DNA of 64,000 bases, from NCBI RefSeq assembly GCF_964355755.1, contig NC_092673.1, forward strand, positions 35,709,648 to 35,773,647, read 5' to 3'. This DNA is from Antedon mediterranea. Lineage: Eukaryota > Animalia > Echinodermata. Positions 23,683 through 34,678 of the stretch are shown one piece after another (position 1 is the first letter of the stretch; each line of letters begins with the position of its first letter). The notes beneath the pieces were generated by a model. The model did no database searches. It had not been told where the DNA came from and was given only the letters and a program-made list of their open reading frames with translations. The position numbers were made by a program, and so were the translations under genes.

Positions 23683-24000
23683 AGTCAAATGGCCGAGCGG
23701 TTAAGGCAGGGGCGCCGTTTACCGTACTAAAGAGCCAACAACTCGATGATGGTTTGAAGTCGACTCGCTCCTAGTTCTGGTGGTGGAACAAGTCTTCTCG
23801 GATAAGGACTATAAACCGTAGGTCCAGTGTACAACACAGTTTTAACCTGTTTGCACTTTAAAGAGAAGAGCAGAGTAGGTGGTTATGCCTACCCCGGTGA
23901 ACTGGTTCACAAAATAGCCCACCTATCTGATAGGACAGTGATCAATTTACTATTGGTAATCGTTGGCCACATTGCCAAAGACATAAAAAAAACATAAAAA
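23683..24000 (+). mobile_element. tRNA-derived SINE family 2, possibly with a Deu-type core; partial copy at about 35640-35790 (-)
   Basis: A-box tggccgagcgg, degenerate B-box, then tcttctcggataaggactataaaccgtaggtcc and gaagagcag...ccccggtg. The resemblance to the DeuSINE core is recalled, not aligned. Confidence 0.6.
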
Positions 24001-24757
24001 TATTATTTATTATTATTGTTAAAAAGTGGAAAATTATCGATGACCTTGTTTATATTCAAACCGGTATGTATTTTGAGGTCAGATTCAGTTAACTACCTTG
24101 ATGTCATTGACGTATATTGGATGATAACAGTAAAATCAAATCTGATGAAATTGTTACACACTCCTCTCAATAAACTTGAATTCACAATTATGTTTTGTGG
24201 CTCGTATAGACGAATCATCCGACGCGAACATTATTGTGAATATGCTGTATTTAATCTTTGTAATTATATTGACACAAGATATTGCACATTAAGAAAATTT
24301 TATGAATTATTGACACAACATTGATGCAATCATAACGCGGAGCAGATAATCTACGGAACATTACCCGAACGTAGCGACACACATCTAACATTATTCTATC
24401 TTAGTGCGTTTCTAAAGCCTACGAAGGAATTATCAACACATCAACGACGAATCTGTTAACAAATTTAAATAATTGCATTCTTCTTTACAGATTAATTGCG
24501 TTGAAATTTGAAAGCAACTTTTCATCATCAATGGTGTCTGCTGTGGAATTAGCAAATACATCACTATACATAACTGTAAATGTGAGTGGCGTATATACAA
24601 TTACGTCTTCGTAAGCTATAACCATAACATTGACAATAACGGGGCATTAACATCTTATCTAGTTAAGTTAATAACGGGGCATTAACGTCTTATCTAGTTA
24701 AGTTAATTTTATTTTACAAGGCACTATCCTAACAACTGAAATGTAAACGTCACTTTC

Positions 24758-25062
24758 AAGCTTGGTTCTCACTAGGACTCAACGCAAAGATGTAGACGCA
24801 ACGTAAGTGAGTTGACCAATCACAAGAGATGGATTATTCGACTGTTATTTTGTCATTGGTTAACACGCTCGCGTTTATGTCCTTGCGTTGCGTCCTAGTG
24901 AGAACCAAGCTTTAGTGTCGTCAGGCTGCAGAACTAGATTATTACGTGTTGCGTTCTAGTGGGAACCAAGCTTTAGTGTCGTCAGGCTGCAGAACTAGAT
25001 TATTACGTGTTGCGTTCTAGTGGGAACCAAGCTTTAGTGTCGTCAGGCTGCAGAACTAGATT
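24758..25062. mobile_element. MITE family A (24758-24912) whose right end plus flank is tandemly repeated (61-bp unit, about 3 copies)
   Basis: aagcttggttctcactag ... ctagtgagaaccaagctt, followed by repeats of ctagtgggaaccaagctttagtgtcgtcaggctgcagaactagatta. Confidence 0.85.
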
Positions 25063-26532
25063 AGATTCGACATAATGCTGTGTATAAATTGATTTTTATA
25101 TGAAACAGGTCATTTTATCTATATTAACAATAATATCTAAATTCTATTACGAGGAGATTAATAACAAACTTGTATAAAGACATTTCTTTTTCTCTGTGCT
25201 ACTGTTTTTTCAAAACATAATTAAAACATCCAGTCTGCTTGTACGCGCGCCTTTGCAGAGAAGAAATTCGACTAGAAAGCTTTTCTCAAATACTTAAAGA
25301 TCTTCTTAAGTATTTCAATTTATACTCAGATTAATTTTCAAGAGATCGAATAAACTGATTATAATGACTACGTAGGCGCAACGCATGGGTTCACATTACG
25401 TGTGGTGCGCTTACGTCATTGCGTTGCCTCTCGCGCAAGGACGTAGACGAAACGCAAGTCAGTTGACCAATAACAAGCGACAGTTCGAATAATCCATCGC
25501 TTGTGATGCATTATGCGAACTGTCGTTTTTTTTTGTGGGTGTATTAATTAAATTATTGGTCAACTCGATTGCGTTGCGTTTACGTCCTTGCGTTGCGTCT
25601 ACGTCCTTGCGTTGCGTTTACATCATTGCGTTGCGTTTACGTCCTTGCGTTGAGTTCTTGTGGAAACAGAGCTAGCTTTAACGTCCACTATGCGTTATTT
25701 CGTCATTCGTGTGTTAGCTTTCAATTCATTGTTTTATAACCTTATTATTGTATAAGTTGTCGATAAATCCTTTTAACATATTTAGAAAGTAGGTTACTAT
25801 CTTAAGAACATGATTAATGTAAAATTGATTTCCTAAAACATTGATACAATAAAGTGTGTCTAAGTGCCTAAAGCAAATACGTATGGCATGTATAGTCCAA
25901 GCCGGTAAGAAATGTATACAAATAATGTACTTACGATCAAACACCGTACGTTAAACCAAAAACAACTCCGTTGGACTAAAGATATGCTAAATTTAAGTAA
26001 AACCATAAGTATGTACCCTAATATCTTGAGTAGGTATACTAAGTATTCATCTTAGTGTTCACTTATTAAGCTTAAGTATACACCACACTTACGAGTCGTG
26101 AGACGATGCCTCTGTGGACAGCAATATACATATAATGGACCGTCCTATTCAGGGCGGGCCTAGTGCATCAAAGATACTAACATATTGTAGTGGCCATTAA
26201 AGATGCATTGCGTGGTTGCTATAGGTATTTTATTTCATATACGTTCGCTGTAAAGGCCGGTGCACACCAAACGCGAAGCCGCGAATTTCGCGTTAAAAAG
26301 TGACGCACGCGGCAGGCGACGGACGCTTCCAGTGTGAACGTACAAGCGAACAGTGTACGATAGTCGAATTTCAACTTCAACGCGTTGAAAACGACAGCAG
26401 CGAAGGCTTCGCACGCGAATTTTCAAAAGTTGAACCTTGGTCAACTTTTTGAGGCGTCGCGAGCGCGGTTTGCGTTCGTCAACCAATCAGAAGTCAGGAA
26501 TATCTCTCATCGACGACACCGACGGCAAAAAA

Positions 26533-26720
26533 ATGCTGGCTGACGAGCGAGGTCTTTATGGAAATACTTACCCTTCTTGTCTTTACGATAAGTGAAGTAA
26601 GTTATACACAGACAGAAACATAAGGATTAATGCATGAAGACAATAATTTCAGACAAACATCTGTGTAGAAGAATGCCAGAAAAACTAGGCCTAAAACGCG
26701 TCAGAGATCAATTTGTAAAG
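26533..26720 (+). pseudogene. Decayed MADF (Myb/SANT-like) domain of the Harbinger second ORF
   Basis: Fragments YPSCLYDK*SKLYTDRNIRINA*RQ, VEECQK and RDQFVK fit the MADF pattern, with stops and frameshifts. Confidence 0.6.
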
Positions 26721-28173
26721 TGAGTTGGCAAGCCTATTTCTAGCCTAGGCTAGGCCTAGCTAGGCCTACCTAGGTTTAGGCAATACTAGGGCCTAGCTAG
26801 GCCTACCTAGCCTAGGCTACATATACCCTAGTAGGCTAGGCCATGCCAAGTAGTACTTATAGGCCTACATAATACTTACTAATCCCTACTAGTCTACTAT
26901 GTGCTAGGCCAGGCCTAGCCTAGGTTAAGCCTACTACTAAATATGAGTACAGTATCTAGCCTACTTATTATTATTAATTAATATTTATAGGCCTAATATT
27001 TAGTTGATTTAGTGTTGTAAGGCTAGGATAGGCCTAGTAGTAGTAATATTAATACATAAATACTGTTGTTTTTTTTAGGTCAATTAGATGAACATTGATA
27101 AATGGGATCCTTCAGGCTATTACCAGCGTTACAAACTCCACCAATGACCAAGCTAGTAGTTTAAGCGGCCAGTATTATTATTGCCATGGAATTAAGAGCA
27201 ATTGCTCCTCAAAAACGTGGACTGGCAATTATGAGGCTGATACAGGTTTGTATAGACTTTTTTCAAATGGGTATGTCAGTTGGTGACATACATTGGCCAG
27301 AAAAAAATGATTTGAGCAATATGCCTTACTATAGCAATTTTTTAATACTTGTTTCATTTTTTTTTTAATAGAAAATGGAAGAGATTAAGGAGGAGTTGGA
27401 CTGTAACTAGTATTTATTAAGTGGTTATAGAAGGAAAGCTGAACTGAATGTCTTTTTTTAGCAATAGAGAACACATGGAAATATATGTATATGTTTTGTT
27501 ATACTCCAATACTAAAAAAATAGTCAAATTGGCTGCCAGCTAATGGAATGTTTTTCATTTTATAAGTGAAAACATAAGTTTTGTTGGGTTTTTTCTATGT
27601 AAGTGATTAACTTTGTTAAAACTACAAAATGGCATATTCAAATTTGATTTTAATCATCTTCATTTTTCATGATTCTATGGGACAATACATCTTTAAGTTT
27701 AGTGTCATTTTTTGGAAAAGATATATTGTCTTCCTGAAAATATAATTTAAAACATTTTCGTTGTGTGTAATACAGTATAACACTTTAGGGTTAGTTATTC
27801 ACTTTTAACAATAATAATATTCAATTTTCATTTTTTTTGGGATGATACATTTTAAATTTATTATTTTGATATTATTTTGCAAAAGTATTCAGGAGTAGTA
27901 AAAAAGAAAATCTGGTTGATATTTAATGATACCTTTAAAAACAATGATTCACTATTTCAATAAGTGTATTTATGTGAAAAAAAAGTCATAAGATAATAAA
28001 TACAGTGTAAATATGAGTTTGGGATATTTATTACATTTAATCAAATGAGAATAAAACTGTATGTTTTGTCATGAATAATATAATATTTAATAATAATTAG
28101 AAAATAAATGTGAAAACTTTACATTAATATATAGGCATATAGTTTATATTTTTAAAGTGACAAACCCATGAAG

Positions 28174-29832
28174 CAGGGGTGGCGCCAGGATCTTCCCGAC
28201 GCGGGGGCTACATTCCCCGACGAGGGGGCTATGCGAGCGAAGCGAGCATCACAAGGCTGGGGGCCAGGGGGGCCGCCAAGGGCCCCCGGTGGGGGTCCAG
28301 GGGGAGAAGCCCCCGGAAGCAACGCGTTCTAGCGTCATTTGAGGTCATTTTAATCAGATTTAGGGTAGCCATTTTTTCCATTTTTTATAATGCATAAATA
28401 AAATACTGCGTGCAAAAAAACGATGCGCGATGACTGTTTCAATCCATATTTTTCAATTTAAAAAATAAAAGTTCAAAGAAAATTTAGAAAAATAGAGTTG
28501 GAGGTCTTGGAAATTGGACTTATTATACTTCAAAACATGAAACAAAATATATAAGTCCCTATCATGGTTGTGACTGAGCTAAGAAATGTTTGAAAAATAG
28601 AGATGTTAGGTCCCGGAAAATGCACTTCTTGTACTTCGAAATATGACCAGCTTTATTGTTGGGGCTGAGCTAAGAAAATGTTTAAAACTAGAGCTGCAGG
28701 TCTTCAAAAAATTGAATTTCATACTTTGGAAACATCAGACCCAGAGGCTTAAAAAACGCAAGCGTAGACCTTTTTCAGTCGGGGAAATAAGTTTATTCCT
28801 CCAAAGTGTATGCCTGCGTACCATCTGGACTTCCGGGTGGTGAGAAATTCATGACATACAGTACAGGACATTGAAAATGTAATAACTTAGCTATAATAAG
28901 ATGTTGGCTAAGCGAAAATGGCATGTTTTTTTGTTTAGTAATGGATGAAATATTTATTTTAGGTGCCCCACGGTACAGAAGGTTACTTTTAAATTAAAAA
29001 ATTGGTGAACATACGAACAATTAACATAATTCGTTTTTGCTGTAGTGTAGCGTACGTCGACACAGTACACGACGTAACCGTCGGTAAACTTCGCCTGGAA
29101 AATAACTACAGTACACATTTTGGTCCCTGGATGGAACATGATATCACGACCCAACGTTGAACGATTCGTACAAAGGGATACCGCCAGACAAGTGCGTACC
29201 GACCCAACGTTGAACGATTCGTACAAAGGGATACCGCCAGACAAGTGCGTACCTATAGCTATTGTTTAGTAGTAAGTTAGATCGCTGGCAATAATGAATG
29301 CATATAAATTGCATAATAGCACTCTGACGTACTCTCAATGTCAATGAAACGTCGCGGTTTTCTAGGCGCTGAAGCTACCAAGTGAACGCGAACGCTTTTT
29401 ACTGTATATTATATTCCCCGACAAAAAGTACCCGTGTTCCCTTCGGTAACCGTCGGTAAACTTCGCCTGGAAAATAACTACATTACACATTTTGGTCCCT
29501 GGATGGAACATGATATCACGCGTCTCGACCCAACGGTGAACGATTCGTACAAAGGGATACCGCCAAACAAGTGCGTACTAGCTATTGTTTAGTAGTTAGA
29601 TCTCTGGCAATAATGAATGCATAAAAGTGCATAATAGCCCTCTGACGTACTCTCACGGTCAATGGAACGTCGTGGTTTTCTAGGCGCTGAAGCTATATGA
29701 AGTGAACGCGAACGTTTTTTACTGTATATTATATTCCCCGACAAAAAGTACCTGTGTTCCCCGACGGGGGGGCTAGGCTCCCCGACGAGGGGGCTAGAGC
29801 CCCCGTAGCCCCCCCTGCTGGCGCCACCACTG
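28174..29832. mobile_element. Non-autonomous hAT-type transposon nested in the Harbinger element
   Basis: TIRs CAGGGGTGGCGCCAG / CTGGCGCCACCACTG; 8-bp TSD CCATGAAG at 28166-28173 and 29833-29840; subterminal ccccgacgagggggcta motifs; internal direct duplication 29074-29440 / 29446-29762. Confidence 0.9.
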
Positions 29833-30469
29833 CCATGAAGATTCCCAGTTCGTGTTTATATGAAATGTTTTATATGGTTATAATAACCTCTGTTGAAAGA
29901 TATTTGTAACACCACTAATAAATACAGTCAGCAGATCACATGTACGTGTAATCAACATGCAATAAATGCTTTAATTCTTGTAACTGTATTGATATTGGAT
30001 ACATCTTCTTCTGTCCTTGTTATATATACATACAATCATGCATATTTCAGGCTTTGGAAAAGGATAACATTTTCCCACCAAAACCAAACACTGTGATTGG
30101 TGTAACCAGGGAAGAGTTAAATTACATTTTAATTTAACTCTTCTCTGGTTAAACTTACATAGGAAATACTTCAGAGTCATCTTCTCTGATTATTTTAAAT
30201 GTAGCATTGTATTATTGGCCAACCCACTATCTCCTAGGCCTAGCAATCGCGACGAATCAGCACATCGTGACGCGTTTAGTGGGAACCGACAAGAAAAACT
30301 AATAGACGCATGACAATTCAACTTTCAAAGCGATCCGTCGAATGACGCGTGACGCATGACGCTTCGCGGCTTCGCGTTCGGTGTGCACAGGCCTTAAACT
30401 GAGATCCCGACGCGCACGCGCACCCTCATATCGGCGCCATCGTTTGGAGACGGCGTGCACCCGAACGAT

Positions 30470-31880
30470 CATGGAACGAAAATCACTTGCAATACAAGAA
30501 GATGTGCTGGAGATTTCTGCTGGAAATGTAACATTTGCAGCTACAACTCCACTTGTACAGCATACGGTGGCTAAGCCCACCAAAAAGGCCAGGAAGGCGG
30601 GGTCTAGCTGTACTATTACTAGGCCTCCTAAAGAAGGTAATACGCATAGCAACAGCGATGCCGTTGCTATCGCCGGGCAATCATGCACTAACGTGCTGCA
30701 GCCTAATCAACAGGTCGGAGTAGGCCTGAACTATGAGGCTAGGGTTGAAAACCTTGAGCGGTTGGTTGAGCAGCAGGTTAAAGAGACGAAGGCTGCTCAA
30801 CAAATAAATGAGTCAACGCACGACCTTTTATCTCAGTTGATGACACAAATGTCATCACAATGTCACAACAATGAATATGATGACATTGACAGTAGCTCGG
30901 TGGTTAGCCTCACGAGTAACATTTACGATAGGCATCATCAGTACGAACGTGATGTGTCTGACCTGGAGGAGGGGGAAGTAACAGGTACACAACTATCCAA
31001 GAAGGATGAAAATCCTGAGCGGCCAGCCACTAATAGTAATAGTAAGGTCAAAGGCCCCCTTCCTCCGGGTTTTGCAGCAAGATTTGCTGTTTCTAACGAA
31101 TTGGCACCAGCAGTCAGCCAAGAGTTGGCTGACACGCTAACATACTTATTGCACTCGCATATGAGTGAGAGTGTAATGACCGAGCTGATCAAAAGCTATC
31201 CTATACCGGAAAATCTAGAGGCCCTAATGGTGCCAAAGGTCAATCCAACTATTTGGGATTCCATTACACCAAGGGCACGGTCTAACGATCTAAAATTTCA
31301 AAAGGTACAAAAACCTTTGATAAAGGGAATTACCGCCCTTGCAAAATTAGTTGATGGAAATGAGTCATCGGAGATAGCACAGGACACAATCGGCCTACTT
31401 GCCAATGCGAACTTCGAGTTACTTGCACTTCGTAAGGAGATGTTGAAACCGGAAATAAATGCCAAATATACTCATTTATGTAAACCCAGCATTAAGCCTA
31501 CAGAGTATTTATTTGGTGACCTGAGTACTACAGTTAAAAAACTGGATGAGGAAAGGAAGGCTACGGCAGGCTTATTTAATTTTAAGTCGTACCAACCAAA
31601 GACCAGGTCCAACAACTACAGATACCAGCCATACAATAGAAATGGCAAACCTTTTTTAGGTCAAACCCGGCGACACAAATGGTCAACAAACAACTACAAC
31701 CAGACCAAATTTTATCAGGGGAAAAAGGACCTAAAACAACAGCCGAAGAGGTATGAGTCGATTGATAATATAAGTATTTCTCCTAACAATAAGGTTAACA
31801 AACATAATAACCTTGACATAGTAGGAGGTCGACTCAGGTCATATATACATAAAAATATACTTCGGATCCATACATCCTAA
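30470..31880 (+). CDS. DIRS Gag-like ORF1, reading on into the Pol N-terminal VGGRL motif
   Basis: First ATG inside the element is at 30470; PENL..L.VPKVNPTIW, DLKFQKVQ, YLFGDL and PFLG are typical of animal DIRS ORF1. Confidence 0.8.
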
Positions 31881-33728
31881 ATGCGGTTTCAGGATATAAA
31901 ATAGAGTTTGATAAAGCCATACCCTACCACCTAAAAGGAAAAATACCTCATCCATACAAACTCAGCAGCATAGATATGGAGGCTATTGATGATCAAATAG
32001 TTAAATTGATATCAAAAGGGGTGGTCAAACCAGCCATGTTTGAACATGACCAGTTTGTATCAAATATTTTTACAAGGCCAAAGAAAGATGGAGGGTTCAG
32101 AATGATATTAGACCTCTCTAAATTAAATGAATATGTGACATACAAACATTTCAAAATGGAAATGTTTGGAAATGCATTGACACTAATTTCACCAGGTGTA
32201 TATATGACGTCAGTCGACCTCAAAGATGCATATTTTACTGTACCCATAGCAGAGTCGGACACTAAATATTTAAAATTTGTTTGGAAAGACAACCTGTATA
32301 AGTTTGTCGCATTGCCTAATGGGCTTAGCTCAGGGCCTAGACTTTTCACGAAATTATTGAAGCCCCCAATTGCGTTTTTGCGCAGCAGAGGGCATATTCT
32401 GTTGGTTTACATTGATGACATTTTGTGTATAAACCAGTCAGAAGACTTGGCCGGCGGTACCGCCAGGGAAACTAGTGAACTTCTAGCCTCATTGGGTTTT
32501 ATCATTAATAGAGAAAAATCAGTAATGAATCCTACGCAGATCATAACTTTCTTGGGATTTGAAATAAATTCTATAAGTATGACGGTTTCCCTTCCATATC
32601 ACAAGAAGGAGGAAATTAGAGTTCAAAGTAAACACATACTTACATTAAGTCATACTACCATTAGGAAAGTTGCGCAATTTTTAGGCAAAATTATAGCAAC
32701 ACTACCTGCTGTAGAGTATGGAAAGCTTCATTATAGGGCACTAGAGAAGGAGAAAATACTAGCTCTAAAACTAAATAAAGGCCATTACGATAGGCCTATT
32801 AGTATTTCCGTCAATGGACGGGACGATATTCTTTGGTGGCAAAATAATGTCAAAGACGCATATAAATTGATATATCATGGGTACCCCGACCTAACAATTG
32901 AGACAGACGCTAGTGGTCTAGGCTGGGGTGCCACTGATGGACATACCCACACTGGGGGAAGGTGGATAAACAAAGACCTAGACATTGCATATGCTACAGG
33001 GGCACTAAATATTAATTACTTAGAATTGCTGGCTGCTTTTTTCGGCCTTAAAGCATTGTCCCGTGAGAGAAAAGCTAAGCACATAAGGTTGAAGGTTGAT
33101 AATACCACGGCAGTAGCTTACATAAACAACATGGGCGGCGCAAAATCAATTGCGTGCAATAAAATTTCAAAAGCCATCTGGTCTTGGTGCATTGAGAACA
33201 ATTTTTTGGATAAGTGCAGAATACATCCCAGGTAGAGATAATATAATAGCTGATGCAAAGTCTCGTCAGTTTAAAGATGAGACAGAATGGATGCTTAACA
33301 AAGAATTGTTTATAAAAATCACTAAAACATTCGGCGAACTAGATATAGACCTATTCGCTTCTAGGCAAAATGCACAGCTTCCGAAATATATATCATGGAA
33401 ACCGGACCCAGATTCAATTGGTATCGACGCATTTCTACAAAATTGGTCCTCTGCCAAGCTCTATGCTTTTCCGCCGTTCTGCCTTATAGGTAGATGTTTG
33501 CAAAAAATATTGACAGATAATGCCATAGTTATCATGGTGGTCCCAAACTGGCCAACACAGTATTGGTATCCTAAATTACTATCAATGATGGTTGGGGAAC
33601 CACTGAGGTTTAAGAATACCAAACATGCCTTAACATTACATGGTTCAGATGATTGTCATCCTCTTTATAACAGACTTAACCTTTTTGCCTGCAGGCTATC
33701 AGGGCGGAACTCTACAACAAAGGAATAA
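31817..33728 (+). pseudogene. DIRS Pol (RT, RNase H, adenine methyltransferase-like domain), frameshifted
   Basis: VDLKDAYF, LPNGLSSGPRLFTK, YIDD; RNase H TDAS, LELLAA, DNTTA, ADAKSR; MT DLFAS and YAFPPF. Frame breaks near 31850-31950 and in the T run near 33201-33207. Confidence 0.88.
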
Positions 33729-34678
33729 GCAATACTGCAGCAGACGTCATTCTGCAATCCTGGAGACGGTCAACGTGGAAGCAATATAACTCACAGCTAA
33801 CAAAATTTATAGACTTTTGTGAAATCAGAGGAATCACATGGCAACAGCTAAACACCGGTCACGTCCTCGATTTCTTGATAAAGCTGAAGGACGAGGGCTT
33901 AGGCTACAGTACTATCAGTACGGCGAAAAGCGCAATTGTAAACTTTCTCGAAATCTTAGATATAAACATGAAGGAGTCTATTGAACTGAAACGATTTATG
34001 AAAGGGTTATTCAATTTTAACCCACCGACTCCAAAATATGCACAAATTTGGGATGTTCGCTTAGTTACAGACTATCTGAGGCGAACAATTAACGACGATA
34101 CATTATCGCTTAAAGAATTTACCATAAAAGTAGCATTGTTATTAGCATTATTGTCCTCAAGTAGGCTTCAAACCTTATATAATTTCAAATTTTCAAATAT
34201 GAATATCGAGAATGAAGCAATCACCTTTTACATTTGTACATTACTAAAAACTAGCAGACCAAACAATACAGGTCAACTGGTGGTTTTCCACAAAAGTGAA
34301 GACCCTGCCCTATGTCCGGTCAGAACAATTCTAAAGTACAGGGAAAAAACTAATAATTTAAAGGAAAATAAGGACAGATTTTTTATATGTCATAAGAAAC
34401 CGTATGCCGAGGCATCAAAAGACACAATTGCTCGATGGATAAGGACAGGTTTATCAGAAGCAGGAGTAGATACAACAAAATTTAAAGCCCATTCGGTCCG
34501 AGCGGCTGCATCTTCATCAGCAAAATTAAGGAATGTCCCGGTTGACTTAATAATGAAAACAGCTGGGTGGAGAAACGAACATACACTAAACAGATATTAT
34601 AATAAGCCTATAAAATTTGTAGAAAATCCGTCATTTCAACAGGCACTGTTGAGAAAAGTTGATTCATCAACTCATTAA
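33680..34678 (+). CDS. DIRS tyrosine recombinase; open frame with no ATG ahead of its N-terminal domain
   Basis: Frame opens after TAA at 33677-33679: ILQSWRRSTWKQY, catalytic R (SSRLQ), K (LKTSRP), HSVR, AGW, RYY. Confidence 0.9.
   Translation, partial: PFCLQAIRAELYNKGISNTAADVILQSWRRSTWKQYNSQLTKFIDFCEIRGITWQQLNTGHVLDFLIKLKDEGLGYSTISTAKSAIVNFLEILDINMKESIELKRFMKGLFNFNPPTPKYAQIWDVRLVTDYLRRTINDDTLSLKEFTIKVALLLALLSSSRLQTLYNFKFSNMNIENEAITFYICTLLKTSRPNNTGQLVVFHKSEDPALCPVRTILKYREKTNNLKENKDRFFICHKKPYAEASKDTIARWIRTGLSEAGVDTTKFKAHSVRAAASSSAKLRNVPVDLIMKTAGWRNEHTLNRYYNKPIKFVENPSFQQALLRKVDSSTH

Larger units (their letters stand above)
26254..30394 (+). mobile_element. Non-autonomous Harbinger/PIF-type DNA transposon inside the DIRS left ITR
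   Basis: 32-bp TIRs AGGCCGGTGCACACCAAACGCGAAGCCGCGAA (2 mismatches); TAA TSD at 26251-26253 and 30395-30397; removing it restores gctgtaaactgagatcc. Confidence 0.9.

Noticed and set aside
30381-30469. N-terminal extension of the DIRS gag ORF in the ORF track
   Set aside because: It starts at a GTG inside the Harbinger TIR and crosses the insertion junction.
31976-34678. Prokaryotic retron, prophage or restriction-modification module (RT + methylase + integrase)
   Set aside because: Gene order, ITRs and ICR match a DIRS retrotransposon.
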